Source of the DNA: a virus
Direction: 5' to 3' (one strand)
Virus record (IMG/VR): IMGVR_UViG_3300028283_000002
Span: 88,666-152,665 of that record
Length of the DNA stretch: 64,000 nt
Made by a program: the position numbers and the translations under genes. The notes beneath the pieces were generated by a model. It made no database searches. It was not told the origin of the DNA and saw only the letters and a list, made by a program, of their open reading frames with translations. Positions 57,150-64,000 of the stretch are shown here, piece after piece; the first letter of the stretch is position 1, and the number at the start of each line of letters is the position of its first letter.

Positions 57150-59213
57150 TCAGAGATTACTCATATTTTGTTGAGGAGCCTTTAACGGTAATTCTCCGTA
57201 TTTTTTAGTTATTACTCTAGTATTTATATAATTGGTTTTCACCGTTCTATTAGTTAATATAGAAGTCTTATTACATCCACCAAAGATACCTGTTACCCAT
57301 ACTCCGCTCCAAAATACACCGTAGAAATTACCTTCGTGGAATGTGCCACCATAAAATCCGCCGAACCAAGGACCAGTTACACAGTCAACGTATCCGTTAT
57401 AAAAATTACCACCGTAAAAATCACCACCGTACCAATTTATATATGAAGACGCCGCTGGATGTCCAAATGTACCATTGTTAAAAGTTCCACCGCTCCAATT
57501 TATAGATGGTTCTATGCTATTTATTTGAACACCTAATGTACCACTATTCCAAATACCAGTTTCCCAATAAACGTTATGAAAATAAGAATTATTAACTATT
57601 CCGTTTTTAAATGTTCCATTTAACCAATTACTATTTGTAAATGTACCGTACCTAAATGTACCATCGTACCAGAGACTACCATCTGTGAAAGTGCCGTCGT
57701 TAAATGTTCCACCACTCCATACACTATTACTAAACATACCACCATTAAAAGTTCCAGATTTCCACCCTTTACTGTTGTTGGAATAATTTACAGTTTCTCC
57801 TGATATACTAATGGCATTATTACCAGAATTAAATATTCCGCCATTAAATGTGCCACCACTCCAATAAGAATTAGATATTTTCCCACCGTTAAATACACCG
57901 TTATTCCAATTTATATCTATAAGATTTCCATCGTAACAAGTGCCATTAATCCAGTTGGTGTTCAATAGAGTTCCACCATTACAGGTGCCGTTGTACCAAT
58001 TACATTGGGTCATGTTACCACCGTTAAATTTACCATCAGCCCATTCAGTATTAATAATATTTCCACCACTAAATGTGCCTCCACTCCAAATACTGTTACT
58101 CATAGTGCCTCCTTGAAACAAGCCAGTTCTCCAAGTTGATCCAGAGAAAATTCCGTCGTTGAAAACCCCATCCCTCCATTCTTTACCTATAAAACTACCA
58201 CCATTCCAAATTCCGTTGTACCATACATCTTGTGTAAAAGTACCTCCACTCCATATACCGTTAAACCAATAACAATCAGAGTCGAGGGGAGTATTATAAA
58301 AAATACCACCGTTTATAGTTGAGTTTTTTATTTCAGAATTTGTAAATAATCCACCATTTATAGTACATTCAGTTAAAACACAATTTTCATAATGACCATT
58401 ATCAATTTGACAATTATGTAGATGATTATAATATATGTAATTATAACCGTAACTATTATTATTATTCGTGTAATAAGAAGAAACAGGAGTAGGATCTTGA
58501 TTTAATGTGTCTGTTCCTTTATACACATAAGGTTTATAAACTGATGCTGTATTACCTGTATTTGTAGATGAATTTGTGGTAATATATAAATTATCATATT
58601 TATCTTTATATCGCATAAAGAAAGATACTCCACTAAAGACAACAGCTTGAACTAAATTTATATCTATAGCAGCGTCAGTTGGTGTATTAAAAATAGCATT
58701 AATTATTTCAGCTCCATTTATTTCACCTCCAGTTAAAGTTATATTTTTTATGTAAATTTCACTTATATAATGATCATATATTTTTTTATTAACAAATCTA
58801 TCATCGTAATATCTATCAATTGTTATTTCATTATTCTTATCATTTATTTCAATCACTTTATAACCTTGTAACTGTGGGAGATATATAAAATTTGTACATC
58901 CAGAAAATTCCAAATAATTATCTATAATCATACTATCTGTCATTCCTGTGTTTGATCCATTTTTATTAAACATTATAAATATTTTATCACCAACTCTTAT
59001 ATTTGAATTTATTTCAGTATATAATTTTATTTTTCCACCGTTGTTAGTAATCACAGGTAATAATTTTACGGCGTTTGGTGCCTGTGAATAATTGGTATTA
59101 TTGAATACATTGATCTTTTCTTGTTGTGGCACGGTTTGCACTACTTCTTGAACAGTTTGTGTTCCAGTTGTTGTTATTACTAAATCTTGTGAAAAAATAT
59201 CAGCCGTTGGCAT
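57150..59213 (-). CDS. beta-solenoid repeat virion protein
   Basis: Many W-x-x-G-T-F-N-G-G pentapeptide-based repeats; TAATATATA at 59235-59243. Confidence 0.7.
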   Translation of the reverse strand: MPTADIFSQDLVITTTGTQTVQEVVQTVPQQEKINVFNNTNYSQAPNAVKLLPVITNNGGKIKLYTEINSNIRVGDKIFIMFNKNGSNTGMTDSMIIDNYLEFSGCTNFIYLPQLQGYKVIEINDKNNEITIDRYYDDRFVNKKIYDHYISEIYIKNITLTGGEINGAEIINAIFNTPTDAAIDINLVQAVVFSGVSFFMRYKDKYDNLYITTNSSTNTGNTASVYKPYVYKGTDTLNQDPTPVSSYYTNNNNSYGYNYIYYNHLHNCQIDNGHYENCVLTECTINGGLFTNSEIKNSTINGGIFYNTPLDSDCYWFNGIWSGGTFTQDVWYNGIWNGGSFIGKEWRDGVFNDGIFSGSTWRTGLFQGGTMSNSIWSGGTFSGGNIINTEWADGKFNGGNMTQCNWYNGTCNGGTLLNTNWINGTCYDGNLIDINWNNGVFNGGKISNSYWSGGTFNGGIFNSGNNAISISGETVNYSNNSKGWKSGTFNGGMFSNSVWSGGTFNDGTFTDGSLWYDGTFRYGTFTNSNWLNGTFKNGIVNNSYFHNVYWETGIWNSGTLGVQINSIEPSINWSGGTFNNGTFGHPAASSYINWYGGDFYGGNFYNGYVDCVTGPWFGGFYGGTFHEGNFYGVFWSGVWVTGIFGGCNKTSILTNRTVKTNYINTRVITKKYGELPLKAPQQNMSNL

Positions 59214-59302
59214 TTATAAGGTTTTATTTTACTCTATATATTAAATTTTGAAAACTAAATCACAAAAAAATAATATAATTTAAAAATAAGTGAATAAGTA
59301 GC

Positions 59303-59638
59303 ATGAATGACGATGTAGAAAGTAAAAAGAAAGAACTGAAAGAAAGACTTGAAAGTGACCTATACGTTGATAGGTACAGCTCTTTCAGAGAGTCTGTTGA
59401 ACTCATTAACAAAGCACTTGAGTCTTTTAATATTAATTATCAATACACTTATAACGAATTTTGTTCTGACTTTACAAATGAATGTTTAAAATACATTGAC
59501 GAACACCCAAAAGTGGATATGACAGATCCACAACAAATGATGGTATATACTTTCCCGATAGTTATGTCGATAGTGGATCGTGCAAAAAATAAATACGGAA
59601 TTAAAGATGATAAATCTAATAGTACGCCTATTGAATAA
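59303..59638 (+). CDS. hypothetical protein
   Basis: 111-aa ORF. Confidence 0.65.
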   Translation: MNDDVESKKKELKERLESDLYVDRYSSFRESVELINKALESFNINYQYTYNEFCSDFTNECLKYIDEHPKVDMTDPQQMMVYTFPIVMSIVDRAKNKYGIKDDKSNSTPIE

Positions 59639-59781
59639 TAGGTTCAAAAAGAAGATGGATAAATACAATAAACCTTTGACTAAAAAGAAATTAGTCAAAA
59701 AGAAATTAATGCCTCTTGTTTATGGAGGTATTCCAAAACCACCAATTCCTAAAATTAGAACAGTTGGTGAGTAAAAAGTAA

Positions 59782-60411
59782 TTGACGAACATGATTAATT
59801 TTATAGCAAACAAACTAAATGATAGATATAAAAGGCTTTTAGAAAGAGATATAGAAAGACAAATAGCTGAAGACGAAAGAAAAAAAGCTGAAGAAGAAAG
59901 ATTAGCAAATATACCACTAAATATTCCAGATAATAAATGGTGGATTAGCGATAACCCAATAGAAGAAGATAAGTGGTACGACGGTGTATTCTCAAGTGGT
60001 ACCACAATACCATCTAGTAAATGGTCAAACGGAACTTGGTTAGGAGTGTCTGGATCATCTGGTTACGGAGTATCAGGGAGCGCAGGAGTATCAGGCAGTG
60101 CTGGTGTATCAGGAACAAGAGGATTAAGTGGTTCATCTGGATTTTGTGGGACTTCCAGTTATTCCGATCCAGGTATAAAGTACGCTGAATATTTAGCCGA
60201 ACAAATTAATAAATCGATAAATTATCAAGAATATATAGCAGAACAACTTGATAAAAGTATCCAATATAGTGAATATGTGGCAGAACATCTTGATGTAACA
60301 AATTACACAAATTGGAAGAACGGTTACGCAGCACACACTAAACCAAAAAAAGAAGTTAAAAGGGTTTATAGTGAAGAAGATCCTTACGGAGAAGAAGATT
60401 GGTCAGTATGA
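59782..60411 (+). CDS. mosaic hypothetical protein with C-terminal DPYGEEDW tag
   Basis: SG repeats, YxEYxAE repeats, ends VYSEEDPYGEEDWSV. Confidence 0.7.
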   Translation: MTNMINFIANKLNDRYKRLLERDIERQIAEDERKKAEEERLANIPLNIPDNKWWISDNPIEEDKWYDGVFSSGTTIPSSKWSNGTWLGVSGSSGYGVSGSAGVSGSAGVSGTRGLSGSSGFCGTSSYSDPGIKYAEYLAEQINKSINYQEYIAEQLDKSIQYSEYVAEHLDVTNYTNWKNGYAAHTKPKKEVKRVYSEEDPYGEEDWSV

Positions 60412-60728
60412 TGAAAATAAGAAACGTTATTGAGAACGATATAGTTGAAGATATATCAGTTTATAAAAATATATATCAAGACTTCATAAATTTGATCAAA
60501 ACAGAGATAGACGAAAACTACGTTCCTAGTTTCACTTTTAACGAATTTTGTGCTATGTTGATAAATAATTTCGAAGGTGTCGACGAAGATATAAATGATT
60601 ATTCAGAAACTAAAGGTAAACCGTTGACTACTAAGTTATTAAACTCACTTATGAAGATAACAATTGATGAGTTTAAAAATGATGAGGATGCTAGTGAAAA
60701 AATAGCTAAAATTATCAAAAATATCTAA
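60399..60728 (+). CDS. hypothetical protein
   Basis: ORF overlapping the previous gene; FTFNEFC resembles YTYNEFC of 59303-59638. Confidence 0.6.
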   Translation: MVSMMKIRNVIENDIVEDISVYKNIYQDFINLIKTEIDENYVPSFTFNEFCAMLINNFEGVDEDINDYSETKGKPLTTKLLNSLMKITIDEFKNDEDASEKIAKIIKNI

Positions 60729-60905
60729 CGAATTAAGTGTTTCGGACCGCATTTTTTTAATATATAATGTGTATTAAATTTTCAAACTTTAACGAGAGTT
60801 TAGTATAGAATAAATGTGGTTCTGCAGAACACTAAAGGCTTTTTCAGGCATTAAATGGAGTAATGGGAGTTATGGCTTTCATTGATAAAAAAAATCGTAT
60901 GCATT

Positions 60906-61937
60906 ATGGCAGAGTACAAAGACAAAGATGAAAATTGGATGTTTGATTCATCAAGTGATGACCAAAACCAAGAATTGGCTTTCTTAAACAAAGAAACCAA
61001 AAACCAAGACGGTATTTATCGTCCAAACGTAAAAGACGCAGCAGACCCTAAGGGTGCTGGTTACAAAGCAACAATCAGATTTCTTAGAAACGTATTTTTA
61101 GATGGCACTGGAACAGGTCCAGCAGCTATTACAAAGCACGTTCACTATGTTAAACCAGAAGGTTCTTTAGAGGACTATCCAGATTTAGCAGGTTATTATG
61201 ATTGTGAAAAGAATGTTTCTCAACAAACACCATGTCCATTGTGTCAGACTTATTGGAAACTTTTTAAATCCAATAATCAGGCAGATGTTATTAAGTCAAG
61301 TTTAATCAAGAGGAGTACTAAATTTTATTCCTATATTATGGTTATCGAAGACGAACAACACCCAGAGTTGGTTGGTAAAATTTTAGTTTATCCTTACGGT
61401 GCTAAGATCAAGGGAAAAATCAATTCAGAAATTAACGGTGATGTTAGTGGTGAAAAATGTAACATTTTCGACTTCGTAACAGGTAAGGATTTTAGACTTA
61501 TTATTAAAATAGTCAAGACTCCAAATCCAAACGGTAGTGGCACAGTTGATATGCCAAACTACGACACCAGTACATTCTTACCATCTTCACCTATAAAGAT
61601 TTGGAACGAGAAAACAAATAAATTTGTTACTCCTCCAACAACAGAGGACGAAAACGGTAAAATTATGCTCACAGACAAGAAATGGCAGGCTAAGATCAGA
61701 GAAATCATTTTAGCTCGTCCAGCTAACGTAAATCTTGACGACCATACACCTTCCAAGGATGGATGGGACGACGCTAAGAGATCAAATGTGGAGAAAATTG
61801 TTCAGGTTCTTAACGGAAACAGTGTTCAATATGCTGAATCGTCAGTAAAGAAATCTAGTGTGAAAACACCAGCGGCAGAAGTAATTGAAGAGGAATCTTT
61901 CGACGATCTCTTTGATTTCGAAGCAGATGATAAGTAA
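60906..61937 (+). CDS. single-stranded DNA-binding protein (T4 gp32-like)
   Basis: ATIRFL, CPLC, YSYIMVIED..PELVGKI..YG.KI, GKDFRL, NYDTS.F, acidic tail; start reassigned to MAEYKD. Confidence 0.88.
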   Translation: MAEYKDKDENWMFDSSSDDQNQELAFLNKETKNQDGIYRPNVKDAADPKGAGYKATIRFLRNVFLDGTGTGPAAITKHVHYVKPEGSLEDYPDLAGYYDCEKNVSQQTPCPLCQTYWKLFKSNNQADVIKSSLIKRSTKFYSYIMVIEDEQHPELVGKILVYPYGAKIKGKINSEINGDVSGEKCNIFDFVTGKDFRLIIKIVKTPNPNGSGTVDMPNYDTSTFLPSSPIKIWNEKTNKFVTPPTTEDENGKIMLTDKKWQAKIREIILARPANVNLDDHTPSKDGWDDAKRSNVEKIVQVLNGNSVQYAESSVKKSSVKTPAAEVIEEESFDDLFDFEADDK

Positions 61938-61956
61938 TCTAATTTTCATTTGAAAA

Positions 61957-61990
61957 GAAAAGCCCTCAAAAAAATTGAGGGCTTTTTTTT
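61957..61990 (+). terminator. intrinsic terminator
   Basis: AAAGCCCTCAA/TTGAGGGCTTT plus T tract. Confidence 0.8.
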
Positions 61991-62002
61991 ATATATAGTG
62001 TT

Positions 62003-62260
62003 ATGGAAAAATATATTAAAAAATTCGAACAAGTTAGCGAAGAATCTGATAGAATAAAACTATTAGAAGAGGAGATAATAAAAAGAGATGAATTGATTTA
62101 TTCAATGATGAGAAATCTATCTCACGGTTATATGAATTTTATGGCTGATAAAACCATAGATATAGATGAAATGCGTAGAAGATTCAAAACGGAAGAAGTT
62201 GTAAATAGACCAATAGTGAGAGAAAGAATTGACCTCTTACATAAAGATATTATAGGATAA
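62003..62260 (+). CDS. hypothetical protein (candidate internal head protein)
   Basis: N-terminus MEKYIKKFEQ. Confidence 0.65.
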   Translation: MEKYIKKFEQVSEESDRIKLLEEEIIKRDELIYSMMRNLSHGYMNFMADKTIDIDEMRRRFKTEEVVNRPIVRERIDLLHKDIIG

Positions 62261-62802
62261 TGAAAGTATTTAAAGTCAACGAGTTATTCGAAATGAGTCA
62301 GACTTATGAATATAAACCTGTTTCTGAAAAGAGGAGTGGTTTCAAAAACATGACTACTTATGTTTATAATTTTGTTTCAGACGACGGCACTGAATACATG
62401 GTAGATATAGTATTATATTCAAAAACTGTTCTTAACGTGAAAACAAATAAATTAAAAACTAAAGTTTTTGCGACCACTTGTTTTGCTAATAAGGAAAACT
62501 ATAACAGAGGTAAAAGATTTAAATGGAAATACAAATTAACTAATAAACATGATGCTATTAAAGTTTTAAATACTGTTATAAAGATTATAAAAGATTTTTC
62601 AGATAGTCATAATATGGATGAATTTGGAATTAATACATCGAAAGATAGGTTAGAAACATATAAATATATTTTCAACAAATATTTTAAAGGTTGGAAAGTA
62701 TTTGTTTCTATTGATGATTCGTATTATTTAGATACAAGATTTAATATAATCTGCTCAAAAGAGACTAAAGAAGATAATCCAGATAATTTTAGAGTGGATT
62801 AA
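62260..62802 (+). CDS. hypothetical protein (candidate internal head protein)
   Basis: N-terminus MKVFKVNELFE. Confidence 0.65.
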   Translation: MKVFKVNELFEMSQTYEYKPVSEKRSGFKNMTTYVYNFVSDDGTEYMVDIVLYSKTVLNVKTNKLKTKVFATTCFANKENYNRGKRFKWKYKLTNKHDAIKVLNTVIKIIKDFSDSHNMDEFGINTSKDRLETYKYIFNKYFKGWKVFVSIDDSYYLDTRFNIICSKETKEDNPDNFRVD

Positions 62803-63029
62803 AAATTATTACTTACAATAAAATTCGCTAATTCTCTAACACTTGATATTTCATAATCATTTATTTCCAATCCAGTTATAGACGTGTCACCTACTAATTC
62901 TGGCTTAATGGTGTTATTGAATAATACGACACTATGATAATCCACTCCTTCTTTACCCAGCACCATTATAAATTTTTGTTCTGTATCTGATCCATTTATC
63001 AATTTTAAAATATCACCCAAATTATACAT
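62799..63029 (-). CDS. hypothetical protein
   Basis: 76-aa ORF. Confidence 0.55.
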   Translation of the reverse strand: MYNLGDILKLINGSDTEQKFIMVLGKEGVDYHSVVLFNNTIKPELVGDTSITGLEINDYEISSVRELANFIVSNNF

Positions 63030-63038
63030 TTTTTCTTA

Positions 63039-63890
63039 TTATTTTTTCAAAGGCATTGTCGGTCCAGTTATAACAAACTCTCTTTTCACCTTTTCCACCA
63101 TTTTTTCACCCGTTTTTATTCCTATAAATGTTCCTCTACTACTTATATAATAATAACCCTTGGTCATTGATTCGTGTACGTTATCACCTATATTATCAAA
63201 TTGTTCAAAAACCAAATCAAATCCGGATTCTTTTAAACTATGCAATATCCACTCTCTCGTTATCCAAAACGACCTAACCCATCCTTGACTAGTATTAGCG
63301 TTTTCCCACCCAGCGAAGTTATGTGACTCTTTTGTTTCTAATGGTATATTCTCTGGATATTCCCAAAACCATCTACCATCTACACCGTTTTCCTTAGTCA
63401 TATCTTTCAAATTCCAATTTATACTTTCTTCAAAATCAGGATCTAAAGGTCTTTCCGTAGCGAAATGTGTTTGTATTATTAATACCTTTTTTGTGATTTT
63501 AGAAATCATATTTATAAACTCTCTTGGTTTATCTAAATGATATAACAATCCACCACAATATACAGCGTCAAATTCACCATATTTTTTAGAATTCCAAACG
63601 TCATCTTTATAAAATTCAACGTTATCAAGTTTATATCTTCTCTTGTTTTCCAAACATTGTTGATAATTAATGTTTCTCACTTCTACTCCAACAGATTTAA
63701 ACCCCATTTTTACAAATTCGATAGCGTATCCTCCATCCAGACACCCCAAGTCTAAAATGTTATAGTCTTGCTTATCTTTCGGAAAAACGACGTCTAAAAC
63801 TCTTTTAGTTGATTTAAACCAAGGCTTGTTGGCTGTAATCTTTTCGTCTATTTTTACTTCTACCCCGTTCTCAATTAGTGCGTGTTTCAT
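63039..63890 (-). CDS. class I SAM-dependent methyltransferase
   Basis: ILDLGCLDGGY, GVE, FDAVYCGGLLYH. Confidence 0.85.
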   Translation of the reverse strand: MKHALIENGVEVKIDEKITANKPWFKSTKRVLDVVFPKDKQDYNILDLGCLDGGYAIEFVKMGFKSVGVEVRNINYQQCLENKRRYKLDNVEFYKDDVWNSKKYGEFDAVYCGGLLYHLDKPREFINMISKITKKVLIIQTHFATERPLDPDFEESINWNLKDMTKENGVDGRWFWEYPENIPLETKESHNFAGWENANTSQGWVRSFWITREWILHSLKESGFDLVFEQFDNIGDNVHESMTKGYYYISSRGTFIGIKTGEKMVEKVKREFVITGPTMPLKK

Positions 63891-64000
63891 ATTTAATCTA
63901 ATTTTTCTAACAACTTATATAAGAATATTTTAACTTTTTCTATTGTTGTTAATTTTCTATGTTTAGATAGTGTTTGGTAATATAATTTACCTATATTTAT

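Noticed and set aside
10240-60402. DPYGEE copies as a DNA-level mobile repeat or attachment site
   Set aside because: Third-codon positions vary and flanking DNA is unrelated, so conservation is at the protein level
2248-60810. A second promoter class AAACT-N(15-17)-TATA (2248, 33635, 44392, 59252, 60785)
   Set aside because: Suggestive, but cannot be distinguished from chance in such AT-rich DNA without a statistical test
1-64000. Alternative genetic code (TAG read as Gln, as in some gut jumbo phages)
   Set aside because: Long genes are intact in code 11, TAG ends plausible full-length genes (18956, 45881), and reading through the TAG at 9866 soon reaches another stop without joining the downstream ORF

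Overview
This window is a very AT-rich, gene-dense segment of a large T4-like (myovirus) jumbo phage. The host is most likely Bacteroidota, based on TAnnTTTG promoters, a FISUMP domain and Bacteroidota-style lipoproteins. It encodes a baseplate wedge, tail sheath, tail tube, hub proteins, a gp32-like SSB, and the C-terminal half of a large terminase fused to an atypically split intein fragment. Accessory genes include several glycosyltransferases (one with an Aah/TibC-type domain), CoaD and CoaE, an HDAC-family deacetylase next to a GNAT-like protein, an RNA ligase, a HAD hydrolase, a radical SAM enzyme, about 8 free-standing homing-type endonucleases and several endonuclease remnants. The main unexplained signals are: (1) a DPYGEExW peptide tag shared by 7 otherwise unrelated proteins, mostly together with a T4-like N-terminal capsid-targeting motif; (2) an ORF-free ~0.9 kb locus at 49.3-50.2 kb with host-type promoters, three boxA elements, GNRA hairpins and long-range stems, probably a large structured ncRNA; (3) a [ST]-G-x-T motif enriched in virion proteins near the protein glycosyltransferases; (4) the split-intein terminase, whose upstream neighbour is a radical SAM/endonuclease chimera. 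All calls come from reading the sequence by eye; no searches were run.
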